Below, one piece after another: positions 47,797 to 61,536 of a stretch of DNA of 64,000 nucleotides (positions within the stretch are counted from its first letter, which is position 1; the number at the start of each line of letters is the position of its first letter). The notes under the pieces are model-generated. The model saw nothing but the letters and a program-made list of their open reading frames with translations, was not told the origin of the DNA and did no database searches. Made by a program: the position numbers and the translations under genes. Source of the stretch: Xylographa opegraphella (lineage: Eukaryota); contig JALDZX010000037.1 in NCBI GenBank assembly GCA_022813865.1, forward strand, positions 124,001-188,000. The letters run 5' to 3'.

Positions 47797-49482
47797 ATGG
47801 TTCTCGGAGAGATATTCGAGCGTGCTGTTTTCGTGCCTCCAATTCTGTGATACCCAAATTGTGTTGCGACGTGATGCGAGGTGTGTAAAGCTTTGAGCAT
47901 AGAAACCGAGTAGATAATGTAATATAGAAATTCGCAATTAATATATCTGCTCTTTCTGCTTTTGGTTGTTGTTCATTTTTGAGGTCAACTTTCGAATTCC
48001 AGCACCGTTGAGGGAGGTCAATCACTCGTCCATGTCTTCGTCTATATACTTCTTCCTTAAGCATGGTTTTCTGCCCCACCCAGCCATTCACCAGTTCATG
48101 TTGTGCGTGTACTACCGGTCAGTCCGTAAGTGGTTCTTCCGATACTTGTCACAATCTTATCGATGACCAGAGAACGGACTGTCTGACCTCGAGGACGCGA
48201 ACCCTACAGCATGGAAAAGTATCGATCCTACCAACCAGGACGACACCGGGCGCCAGTGCGATGGAGGACTACGTCCACTAAGACGTATGACCCCAGTAAT
48301 CGGCTTATAACGACTTGCCTCCCGCACGCTCAATTCTGAAAACCGGTTTGAGACGCATGTTGGTTAAGTAGCTTCAGCCAAATTATCCGAAAGCATGAGA
48401 CTACCTCCTACGGCACTCACACGCTGATCTTCTTTGCATCGACGAGACTGAGGAGATTGTTGGCGATGCCGCTGCCCAGTACCGTCTTGAGCGTGACAGG
48501 ACTATCAAAGGATGGCGGGATCTGGCTCTTCATAAGAGCACACTCGGACGTCAAATCGCGCATGCTCTCCTTTTTCTACCACCTTTAGCTCGGGATCCGT
48601 GCAGTCAAAGGTGGAGCAATCACTTTGTTTGGACTGCAGGCTTATGAGAGCAGCAAGCTGCAACAACACATCGTCCGTGGGCAGCACTTTGCAAGGGGGG
48701 AGGGGTCGCATGATTATGGTGATTCCTCGAATTGCTCGCTCAAATCGCAGCATGTTTTCCAGCGTCACCTCGTGATTGACGCGGACCAACTTATCAGCAG
48801 CGGATCTGAAAGAATCTATGTTGTGTACACTGTACTAGAGAACTCAAGCAGAATCGTATCGTACAACAGAAAGTTTCGAACAGGAGCGGAATATGATTCT
48901 GTCCTTTGTTTGGTCTTGCGACTATTCGCTACGCACAACTGCTTAACGTGTATGAAGAATATTTCTACAGGACTCGTGTGCTTCTGGTCAAGTCGAAGTG
49001 CCTAACTATGTTCTAAAAACAATTTGCTGCCGTTGTGAATCCCAATTCGACTAGGTAAAGATTAGTGTATGCCGTTTAGGTACCCATAGAGAACTAGATT
49101 GTATATCTTGTTGACATATCTGCTGTTATTATTGCCTTTGATGTCAACCTTGAAGCCTACACAGCAGGTGTCGACCCTTCTACCTTTCGCAAAAGCTTGG
49201 GACCTATAAAGCATGTTTCGTTCGCCCTCAGTTAGAGTAATTGTTGGTCGCAGACCTTCACGAGCACAAGAATGGCTGAAGGGTCCAATTTCAAGAGTGA
49301 CTTAGGACAGCAGAGCAAACCCACTCCTGTGCCTTTGAAAGTGCGAAGATAAGTGACATATCCGTCATATCGTCCTTATATAGGGACTTCAGCCCAAGAA
49401 TGACGAATCATGGAGCTGATGACCTTCAAGCTCCGAGTATTCACCGAGCAGCATGAGTTTCAGTACAGTGTTCATACAGGAT

Positions 49483-50971
49483 TCAATCCGAGGTCAGCAC
49501 TTCGAAGCTGTTCCTGCGACCCCAGTTCCTCGGCTGCCGCTTCAGGAACGCTCCCACTGCACCTAGATATCCTTCGTGCCTGAGAAAATATGCCTTCTTC
49601 TCACCCTCAGACCAAAACCTTATGGCATATGCCAACGTGTTCATGATCTGGCGATGACCCCGGATGAAAGAGCCTCCAAAATAGATGTGCTCTAGATCGT
49701 GTTTCTCTGACTGCAGATATGCGATTTGCCCAATATTGTTGCTGTGGGGACATCAGCACATGCAGCAGCANACCGATCGTGTACCTTATGGCATACAGCA
49801 GACTTCGGCTCATGTCCTCTGGTGCGAAACTGCGTTGGCCTCCAGCTACGCCCTCAATTTGTGCCCGGTCACCATTGACCAGCCCACCGCCATCTTCAGC
49901 CTCGCTTTCCGCTCGCCGATTCATCTTGAATACCTTGCCAAAGCTGCTCGCAATCGTACTTTTTTTCAATCCGATCTTTCCGTAATCCGTGCCGTAGATG
50001 TCCCCGACAAGCATATCAACTGCAGCGTTGTCTCCTTTCTCAGCCATGGCGAGCATCTCGTCGAAAGTTCTTGCACCTGTCAGGAGTGATAAAAGACCCC
50101 AGAGCGTGCCACCACCTAGCGATGTACCGCCGATCCGCTGGTATTGTTTCGGACCTGAGACCTTGATCATCGAGACGCCAGAACCAATGTTGACGAGTAA
50201 GTATGGATACACTTCGGCTCGTGCTTCAGCGAAGTGCATGGGGTCGACGTCACGGTAAGTGAAGACCTCATTCGGGATTTCCGTGATGAAAAAATCGAGC
50301 CCTTTCAAACCGTCAGCATCGCTCGGCGCAGAGACTATCCGTTGTGGGCCTCACCTATGATCAAGCATTCCATCTCATCTTCCCGCAACACCTCAACGCT
50401 GAGAACTTCCTTCATGCGATCATAGTACTTGTATGCTCCGCCTCCAGTAGCCATAACACATAGCTCACCGGCTTTGGAGCCATTGAGTCTCTGTTGTTTT
50501 GTTTTCAACTGGATTATAAACTCCAGACATTGCTCGACGTTGTCCGTCTCGAACTTCAAGAAATTCAATCGACCTCCAAGCTCCTTCGACGCCGCCTCAC
50601 GAGAGAAGTAAACTAGCTTGGCTAAGGAACCTCCAATCTATACTCCATTAGTGCGGTCTGACAATACAATGGGAGTCTTTATGTCGACTCACATCAACAG
50701 CGACATGGCTCACCACCGCAGTTTGATGGGGAAGCCGTATGTCCCGCGAACCGTAAAGTGAACCGGCATCTTCTACTGGCTGAGGCGTAGCAGCGTCGTC
50801 ATCCACGATGAAGGCACCCTGGAAGTTGATCCGCACAGCTCCAGGTCGAGTGATGGTACTGTCGATGGTGGTGCTTCTTGGCTCAACATGGTAGGATATG
50901 GGCATGTCAGGTGCTCGATTTGGATCCAGCATAGACTCCGCGTCATTTTGCTCCTTCAGCAAAGGTGCCAT
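49483..50971 (-). CDS. CAB1: Type II pantothenate kinase, multi-exon
   Basis: [77 protein letters not shown]. Start codon uncertain. Confidence 0.95.
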
Positions 50972-51062
50972 GCCCCTCAAATAAGAGCAAGGATCATCAC
51001 CAAAAGCACTTCAGGCTACAGAACGATAATGCTTTTTTTCGCTTCTTACAAACTAATTGCTA

Positions 51063-51128
51063 GTGTCTAAACAGCTCATACAATACGTGTCTAAACAGCT
51101 CATACAATACGTGTCTATACAGTTCATC
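51063..51128. repeat. 24-nt tandem repeat (gtgtctaaacagctcatacaatac) x2 plus partial third copy
   Basis: Read directly. Confidence 0.9.
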
Positions 51129-51721
51129 CGCTGTTAATGAATGACGTAAATCTGAGTATCTATCTACGTATTGCCGAAGAGTTACTATTAGTGAAATATT
51201 AATATAGAGATATTATATGTTCGCTGCATTCTGTATCACTCAAGGTAGTCTTTGTCATTGAACAACTGTTTCCCCCAACTTTGCGAGGATACGGAAGCTC
51301 AAAAACACATAGAACTTGGACTTGATGGTGGATTAGCTGAATCGCAGCCAAGGGTCAGTCTTATAGCAAGTGGAGCGAGGTTGATGAAAAACAATTCCAG
51401 ACATCGGTGTCGTGGTAGTCTGGTTGAGTGCTGCAGCTTTGACTTGCCTGCCTTAGCAGTGAATCGGAAACACTGGAACATGTGATATTATCATTCCAAG
51501 CCAAATCTAACCCAAATCTAACCCAAATCTTATTCCCTGCTACTATGAATCACTGCCAAAAGGAGCTAGTATCGGAGAGCACACGTATTCATTCTGCACT
51601 TATGATATCAGGTCACTCAAGTCTATGCAAGTCGTTGTATTGGGGATTCCTAGAATCTCCAGAATATTGACGACGATCGGTCCTCCTTGTGGTACGCCAA
51701 TCCAGGGCCACACTTGACACC

Positions 51722-52251
<530 letters not shown>

Positions 52252-52573
52252 TGTAGATCAGAGCCACTATAGTTTTTGAGTGTCAGTAGCCGTTTTGGAA
52301 AGCATATGGCTGGACAAACACTTCGATTGCTATATGCCGTTGTTGGATGATCGCGAAATATTGCGACTGAAGCTGGAAGTGAAGTTCGCTAAGCGAATGT
52401 GGGTGAAATGATCCTTTCTAGCGCCGAGGCGCCGTGGAATAGGGCAGGGCTTGGCGCTCCAGTTCGACAGGACTGAGAAGACAGCACTACGGGATGATTA
52501 CAGACCGATATCTAGCTGTATCATCGAGGGAAAACGCTAGTGGATTGGATATCGTGACATATTCTGTCATGAT

Positions 52574-53810
52574 CTAGCTTTGTCTCGAACTGCCCTTTTC
52601 CCAGACCCTGATCTCACCGTCTCCACCTATGAAGAAAAGCACCTCTCTCTCGTCAAGTGCTTCTGCGTGGTTGATTCCTGACATTTGGATGTACTTATCA
52701 GGCTTCGACCATCCACTGGCCTTGACAATTCGAATCACCCCACTAATATCTCTCGCTATCCCTGTGTCTAATCCTCTAACACTCATAATAAGCCCTGCTT
52801 CGTGTGCTAATCCCGCCACAAACGCTGTGTGTGTCGTCTCGAGGGGAGTGATTGGGAACTGCATAAGAGAAGAGTCTGCGGCGGTAGCAACGATTGTTGC
52901 ATAGACTTGCTGAAAGACAGACGTAGAATCAGCACACTGGAATGCACAACTGTCATCTCGATAATGATGGAGAGCGAATCAAGAATGGCACTGCTCACCC
53001 CCCTCCACTGTTCGAGCATGTCGTTCACCTCCTGAAGGGGCCGTCCCGTAGCAGCGATATAAAGATCCAACCCATCAAGGAATAGGAGAGTTCTTCGCCG
53101 CCTTAAAGAGGGATTTCCGTGATTGGAATGCTCAATTGCGTTCAGCACCGTTCTCTCCACCGCATCGGGTTTTGGATCATTAAGCAAACGTTGGCCGCTT
53201 GCTCCGTCAGAGTTGGCTGTATGCGGTGTATTGTTATTTGTAAAAAGCTCGCTCAGACCATCGACGAATGTGACTCTTCCACTTTTCAAGTGGCGCACAA
53301 TATCAATACCCTATCGGTTCCAAAAATCAGTCAACAATAGTCCAAGATAGGGGTGCGGAAATTTCCCCTGTCAATTTGAAGTCTAAGTTCTCGAAACTCT
53401 TCCCATTCATCATAAATTCCGCGTAAAAGCTTGAAATAATGCTGGCAAATGTCTAACATCGCCGCCCCGATATACAAGCCGAACACCATATAAAAAGCAT
53501 CAAACGAGAACCGAGATTCGTAGCCTACCGTCCTCAAACATTCTGCCTTCCAAAACTCCCAGTCTCTTGAGAAGCTCACCAACACAATTCTGACCTCATC
53601 CTCTTCTTGGTCCCACTCACCCCCCACTGACCTGATATGTGTTATGCATTTATCAACACGGCTAGCGTTTGCCAGAGCAACAGCGAGGTATCGAAGCATC
53701 AGCCAGTTGGTGGTAGCGCCTAAAACCCCCGTCATAAGAGTCAAGGAGCTAGGCTGGGGTAAGATGAGATAGGGTGCGAGGAGTAGTGGTATCCGAGGAG
53801 AAGTCATCAT
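52574..53810 (-). CDS. ELP6: Elongator complex subunit 6-like, multi-exon
   Basis: SLTLMTGVLGATTNWL, LVSFSRDWEFWK, FVDGLSELF, LDGLDL, LAHEA..IMSVRGLDTGIARDISGVIRI. Confidence 0.85.
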
Positions 53811-54278
53811 AATTTGAGAACTTCCTAAGCAGAATCGTTTCGGATCTGTTGAAGAAGACCATTTAATTTTTATTGACCATAGAAGGTTCTGTCTGGATTT
53901 GGTCACGGTTTAGCTGGTGCAAAACGGTAAAGGTATGATACACAGAGGATGTGACTATCAAGGCACGAATTCCATGCTCAGTAGCCTCTTCAAACGATAC
54001 TTCTAACGTTGCAGGAGTATGATACTTGAATAAAGATAGCCTCGTGTTCTTAAATTTCTTCGACCTCCGCTATGAGCAACTAGTAATGTAGGAGAGCTAC
54101 TAGAGAGTTTTGAGGGGAAAGATCATCTAGGCTCGTGTATTTCCAAATCTCACAGACCGTTTTTCAAAGTCTGTGAGATGCCGATTGATAACAAGCCAAT
54201 GTCCACACCTTGGACGAAAGTGACCCGGGCATTGCACGCATCATATACTAAAATCAACACTTCCCGAAGATTGGAGAA

Positions 54279-57200
54279 TCACTCCTTATCAAAAAGCGCC
54301 AATCTCTCCAGCAACGATGGCTTGTCGTCCAGAGTGAGGACTACTTCCTCCTCTACCGCTCCTTCGTCCTTCAATGCTCGCATCCGATTACCTCCACCCA
54401 TGACTTCAAGACCGCAGGCGTCATGTTCGCTATAGCTGGCGCTAGGCAGATTGAATTCATCACTACCATGCACCAATACGCTAGGATCATAAATATCACA
54501 ATCGTGTTTTGTAGTCAACTTCCCAAGCTGGCCCCTCTCTGATTTTGTCGTCACAGCTAAAGCGCTTTCGTTCGAGTGTCTCTCAGCGATTGAAGTCCCG
54601 ATCTGCGTGCCGGGGCAGAGAGCAGAAGTATACTGTTGGCCGGCTGCAGGTCGGTCGACAACGTCTTCGAGGGATAGCAGGTCAATAGCCGGAGCCTGCG
54701 AATGATCCTGAGAACTGTGTATAGCCGAGAGTGATTTTGATTCGAATTCCTTAAATTCATTACCGAACTCAAAACCTCGCAAGGATCCGATGATTTTGGG
54801 TCCAGTATTGCCGGCGTAGATCGACGGGACTTGAGGGGCTATATCTAGTCCTTCGTCAAGTTCGTCGGTCACATCGAAGTCTATTAGTGTCCTCGAGGTC
54901 AGTGAGTCAGCGGAAACCGACAACAAATCTAATTTCTTATTCCCGTCATCGTTACTCGCAAGCTCTTTAGATAATAAAGCTAGTGATTCAAGATTTGGGT
55001 GTTTTAACCCATCGTTCGAAGGATTCTCGGTTTTGCTAACCTTGTCGTGAGAATTCTTTGGAGAGGATGATGAAGCTGTCACTTCTGTCATGAGTTTGCT
55101 GGCTGTCTCTTGCGGTTGATCGGCGTCGACGAAAAGCCTCAAAAGTTCTCCTCGGTGGACAAGACCCTCCATGGTTCTTAAAGTATCTCCTTCACGATCA
55201 GGCATAAATCCTTCAGATTTACGTTTCGCCCCTGGCTTCTTCGGCTGCCCAGATGTATTGGAGGCAAAGTCATCGATTGTTTCTTGCCCTGCCGTTAGCT
55301 CTCCGTTTGCAATTTTCCCCAATATGCCCGAGAAAAGCCATGGGAAGCTCATCAGTGGCATGTTCGTTGCCAGCCTCTGCCTAACTTTGGCTTCTTTACC
55401 CTCAATATTTCTGGCTTGACGGCACTCTTCCAGCGCATGGATAAGCTCATCGCTCGTGACGCGGTACATCGCAGCAACGAAAGGTCCGATTTTGGCAAAT
55501 TCCGTACCTCCCGCCTTTTCATAGCAAGCTGCACGAAAGCGGTCTTTTAAGCTAGCAGAGATTGCACCTATTTCGTCATGGAATTTGAAGTCCTTGCTTT
55601 GATTCGCATGTTGCAAGACAAATGTCGACCAGACCTCGTGTTCCGTACGGATTTCGTGCTGTGCCATAATACGATGCATAGCTGCATCATATATCGCTTT
55701 CATTTCGGCAGCTTCATGAAGTATTTGACGATCGAGGTTGTATACACCAAGGATACGCGCGTCAAATGGCGCTTCCAACTCTGGAACAAAATCAACGCGC
55801 TCCACCAGATCGTACAGCTGCCCTAGAACTTTCCTCGACACGTAAATCTGGTCCTTGGGTTTATGCCTCTTCTCCATGAAATGAGGCCACATTTTCGGAC
55901 GGAGGAAATGTGGGACTTTAGCAGGAACTCCCGTCTTCGGATAATCCACCGCGCAAGAATGATGTGCAGCTAACTTAAGACCTGGTAAGCTGTTAGCGCT
56001 GTGTTAACACACTATGGTTTACTTGCATTTTTCTTCTTTGACTCCTTTCGGTAAACAATCCGCGGTCGCAAGATGAGCATGTGCTATCCTCGGCAGTAAG
56101 TCATTCTTCATGTAGTTGACGAAGAATGTTGTGATATCATCAGTGGTCACATTTCCACTGACTCTCTTCGGCTGTTCTTCAGGAGTGTATACCATCGGTT
56201 CGTGATTCCACTCCTTAGGGAGAAGATCTCTATCCCAAAATATGAGATAATCATCACCATCAAGGTCACCTCCCGAGCACATGTGTGCGACATCTCGGTC
56301 GCCCGTCTGGGGTAGCACTACAACGTCTCTCAGATGGCGGAGCTTGGGCTGATCAACTCCATATACAACACGAATATCACCCGGATGCAGTGATGGATTT
56401 CGGGCAAGTATCATAGGCCCTAACATGATCTGAGGTCTGTCATTGTTGCCTTTCGAAAGTTGTACGAACACTTCAGGAAGAGATTTTATTCGCTCTTCTT
56501 CCACAGGATGGGTCCTCAAGTGCTGAAGTTTCTCATAGTGGCCTCGTAGTGTTTGAGTCTCATCCACGCAGCCAAGTAGAACAGCGCCGTCATGGATAAC
56601 AATTTTTGCCTTCTCCTTGAGATACTTTATAGACCATGCTCTCCAAAGGTGTAGCAAGGACAGCATAAACGGCTCTTGGACCTTTTGAAAGCCTTCTAGA
56701 ATCATGCCTGCCAGTGTAAGTGTCATTTGGTTCGGATCTATCTCCTTCTGTAGCAATGTCAAGGCTACCTTTTCGTCTACCATTGCCTGTGCGAGGTTGG
56801 AAAGCTGATTCTTTAGCTTATCCGCAAATACACGGTCGGGTACACCAAGCGCGGACAGCACCAGAATGAGCTGACGATTGAGATGTGCTGCAGAAAATTG
56901 AGACCATCGAATGATCTCCAGCCCTGAATGTATAGCATGAAACTTGTATTGCGAGGACCGAAGATGGATCTCGCGTAACCTAGCATCAGGGGACACAGCT
57001 AAAACACCTTTCGCGCCCCCCAAGCGGAATTGGAAAACCGATGGCGGTTCTCCCAAAAACAATTTAACACCGACTTCCGAGGCAGCTACCTGTGCAAGAA
57101 ACTTCGATATCTTCCCAACGCCGTCAGTGAAATTGTATTTCCCATTGAAGATATCGGGAATTTCCACGATGTCGACCTTGGACCCATTGATTGCACGAGT

Positions 57201-59845
57201 TGTCGAGAAACATTGACCGAGACGGGCCGCATAGCGTGCTATCACTTTAATATCCTGAAAGTCGCCCATCCATCTTCGAATGTCTGCAACTCCTAAATGC
57301 GCGAGTGGACAGAAAAAATAAGCGCCGTGTTCGCGGAATTGAGAATTCCCTGAGGCGAGATATTCGAAGTGGCGTTCTCCAATAGTGATACCATTGTTCA
57401 AAGCTCTCTTTACCCGGGTGTAGATCTCGTTCATATTATCGCCTTCTGTGGCGTTGAGTTTCCCCTTGCAAAATGTCAGCATTATTTTTCGCACATATTA
57501 TCAGGGATTCTGCTCACCTGGAACTTCTCATCCGTGAACCGGACCCGAAGAAAACGGTCAGCGTGCTCAGAGTACTGGCGGATGACGCGATTCGAAGTCT
57601 CGATGGTCGGGGTGCTAAAGTAGATTGTGCTAGGTGTGACTGTTGCGGATCTTATATATGTGCAATAATGAGGGATTTTAAGCCTTGATGCCGAACCCTT
57701 GATTATTTTGATGTCGAAGATTTCCATTGGGTTATAGACACGTTGTTTTTGATTGGCAACGTACTCAAAGAGATCTTGAGCCTTCGCTGTGTCCAGACTC
57801 GTCAACTTGTCAACAAATTCCTTCGTCAAATTGTGTTCGTTTAGTAAACCTTGAGAGATACAGACCTCAAGCTGATAACGTACGGGAAAGGAAAGAGGTG
57901 GAATATCCTCAGCCATGAGGTCGTCTAAAGCTGTACGATTTTTCGCCTTACCCCGCCGTAATGGCTGATCGATGTATTCCCAAACTGCAAGATCACGATT
58001 CGTAGTCAGTCTGAATCCAGAAATGGGCAGGATCTCTATGTTGAAATCTCTTAGTGCGCCGCACACTGTGTTGTACAGGCCCCGTTTAATCTTGGCCATA
58101 TCGAAAAGGAAGTGATAAGTTGTCCATCGGCCTGGAAGCAAATCTTGTTAGCAGCAACAAACTAGCCAACTTTTGCTAGCCCCACTCACCAATGTCGATT
58201 GTTGGCTTAGTTTTCTTGAGGGCAAGAGGAACAGTTCTGAGCTTTAACGGATTCCACGTAATGTCTGTCTGACGAAACAGAGCATATCGGCGGCTCCAAA
58301 ATGTCGCCTCAGTGTGTGTAACCGATTCATTGACCTTACGGTAGAAGCTCGGAGGGGTCTCCAGTGTGAAAAGTAAAGCAGATCTCGATCCCAGATTCAC
58401 TTGATGAACTACAGAAGCTTGAGCAAGTGGCATCACAAAGGTGTAATTGTCTGTCCTCGTGGATTCCGCCCTGTTCTGAGAAGGTCCTGAACGGACCTCC
58501 GTCGATGTTCGTGGATTCGTAAAGGTAATATCAAAACCCACTTGAATTTCGCGATGTAGCAGATCCAAACGTAAAGTTACCGGACTTGATGAGGAAGATG
58601 TAGCTCTAAACATCCCCATCATTGTGGTTGGTTCGTGCATGAATCCAAAGTCCAAGGAATCCGCTGCTAGGATCTGCTTTTCGCTTCAGTTGATCTCATC
58701 CATTAACATCGATAGAGACTCACCATAACTTCTGGGTACTTTTTCCTCGGGTCCACAAGACTGGCGCTCATAAAATCGCGTTTGCGTATTTGTAGCTTCA
58801 GGGTAAGAGAAACCGTTCCTTGGGTCCCTTCTATTACAGCTTCGTAAGGCGTTCGCAACCAGAACGCAGTAGCGGGCGGTGGACTAAACAATTTCGTTAG
58901 ATGTATGGTAGTAACAAGAGTTTTGATCTGCTACCTGAAGCGAATACGCCCTCTCCCACTCGGATTGCTATTGTATTCATCGAAAAGCTCGATTGTGAGA
59001 ATGTCGCCTTCATTTTTAAACACGTTCCAGACATCTTTTGTGGTCGTATTTGCGGGAAAGCCGGAAAATTGTACAGCGACCTCTACCCAGTTGGACCAAT
59101 CATCTGCTCTAGCGACAACGGCCCTCTGTGAACGGCTGATTGCTCCGGGGGCCATTGGAGCCTGACGAACAAAGACGTTGTTCTTTCTGCCAGTGGAGGA
59201 TGGAGGACCGTGTATTGTAATGGTCTTTGTGCTCGTACCTGTTCGCCTCAGATGTGATGCCGGACGTTGATAGTCCGAAATGAAGGTTTCACTCTTACCA
59301 AGAGTTGGGTTTGGGCGATTAAGGTCCTCCTTGGCGGTTCTCGTGAGATGAGTGCAAGCGCCAAGTGAAAGTTTTGAGCATTCACAATCACTTTGCAGGG
59401 CGAGGGATGATAGCTGACTGATTGGCCGCGGGCCACAGGAGTCCATCCACACTTGGAGACTGATCTCTTTGTCCACGAGAGGTCCTACCGTGACCTATGA
59501 GCAATAAGAATTTAGTCTCGATTCAACGGTCTAGCAAAACAAACAAGCTCGCAGGTATGGATTTGATGCAGTATGACTTACCTGTGGAGAACACGTTGAG
59601 TTGATGTCTGAACGACTTTGAACACGCGGAACTTCCGACAATGTAAGATGATGCGGCAATAATACCGACGGAACCGATGAAGGTGAAGGACAAGAAGAGA
59701 GGGGGTCGAATGAAGTTTGGCTGGAAGGTGCAGCTGGCACTCCGAGCTCGCTTAAAGATCGCGGTAAATCTGGCCGCCTGAGGTCTAGGGCAGGCAGACG
59801 GACACAAGGATTTGATCCAGGACTAAATAGATCATGAGCTTGCAT
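54279..59845 (-). CDS. RNA-dependent RNA polymerase, SAD-1-like, multi-exon
   Basis: Catalytic CSGGDLDGDDY, ARNPSLHPGDIR, FTDGVGKIS, QFRLGGAKGVL, SNRVIRQY, AVDYPKTG; N-terminal RRM-like segment. First exon 59582-59845 splices in frame (start less certain). Confidence 0.93.
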
Positions 59846-61536
59846 ATTGTCAAGAGCAATGTCTACAGACTTTTTCAGTGTGCACTTGCACTTGAGACGT
59901 GATATCTTGGAAAAAGGTGAATTTAGCTCGCGTAAGCAAAGATGGATAAGATGGTAGGAAGCGAGGCGACTTCAAGTATCTTTGGATGTGAGCAAGTCAT
60001 TGACACACATTCTCCAAGCTAGCAGCGAATTTTGTGTGTTGAAATCAGAATGCTTCAGATATGTCCGAAGTACTGTGCCTTTAGATAAAAGAGGGCTTGC
60101 GTGCAGCAACAGGACTTAGCAGTATCCCAGTTCGACGATGCCCCCACATCAAGCTTACACTACCAGCCGTTCAAGCAGCTAGGATCGAAGAACTTTTTGA
60201 CGCATTTGTAGCAGCGTCCGAGAAGAATAATGATTGCTCAATCACTGCACCTGGGAGGATAGAACGAAGCAAACGAAACTGTACCTCCACACACTGCCTG
60301 ATCCTTGTATCAACAAAATTGAGATATTCTACCTTGCAAAGAGTGCTCGTTTCAAATCGAGTGTTTGAGAGATTCGAGAAATGCTCCAAATTTGCCCGGC
60401 AACAAACTCTGCATAAGTGGTAGAAGAACAATTCGGTCGAGATTATGATTGTTCCCGCGTGATTGAAATGATCAGAGGTGAGACACTGGCCCTCAACTGG
60501 CTACACACTGGCCTGTTGAATAAAAGTCACCAAAGTGACCATTACAAAGACACTGTTTGAACCATTATGAATCGGCGTTGTTGAGTTCGCCTCAAGCAGA
60601 AAGACGATGTTAGAGTCTAGAGAACAGCCACGTGTTCAAAATTCGAGTGTGAAATGTTCGACCTTTGGAATAACACAGTCGTGGAGTACTTTCACAGGAC
60701 AGAGTACTGTTTTATTTATTGTATGTAAGGATAAGAAATGATTGAATCTTGTCCTTGATTGAAGCAAACAGAAAGCGCATGGGAGTCTGCGTAAGGGTGG
60801 CTGGAGGAGATACTAATGCCCCTCCCAGGGAAAGCGATCAACTTACAAGACCTTTGTGTAAACGAAAAATCGGCTCTGCAGAGCAGAGAAATTTGCGTCC
60901 GAAGTTACCTAGATTACCCTGTGTTGGAACGTTGTTGAACCGAAAATGTGCAGGTGCCTGTGAATAGAGTGGCGACTTGACCAAATGCAGGTTCCCGAAC
61001 GTTTCACTAGATTTATGCCTGAAGAGTACTCCTCCTGTTGTCTCATGATACGGCTAAAGCCATGCTGAATATAGTAAATATGTATCCTAAGAGGCGGTAA
61101 GAGGCGTAATATGAAGGGATCCAGGTCTTGGATGTCAGATTAGTGCTTATTTTATACATTTGTATACGGGATAAGAAGAACTCCGGTAGTTCGATCTCTG
61201 ACGGACTGTGCACGTTATTAAGAAAGACGGTAAATCCGGAGGCTTGACAAGAATACCTTCGATATAGGTAGGGGCTCTGAGCGGTGTTAGAGCTTACCCC
61301 ATCTACAAACTGCAACATCACTTCCGAGGAAAGCAGGAGATCCAACTCAACCAAAGTAGGAGCTATCGTATTGAAAAAATTGAGTAGCATGGCAATCATT
61401 TATAGCGTCACTGAAGGCGTTGGTTTTGCTGCAGGAATCTAATACGCACGATCTTCCTAAGACGAGCAAATGTCCTACAGAAGGGTCAAGGTTCCGCTAT
61501 CGCTCTGCCGAGTGATGCTGGCGTATCTTTTATGAT

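Noticed and set aside
47800..49450. Short ORFs between the K+ channel and pantothenate kinase
   Set aside because: Consistent with chance ORFs in UTR/intergenic DNA.
49771..49771. Ambiguous base N in the pantothenate kinase region
   Set aside because: Falls inside a predicted intron; an assembly ambiguity, not a lesion.
51063..51128. CRISPR-like direct repeats
   Set aside because: Repeats are contiguous with no spacers, the context is eukaryotic, and there are no cas genes.
60000..61500. Short ORFs between the RdRP and the coiled-coil gene (e.g. 61043-61399)
   Set aside because: No motif or supported exon structure.
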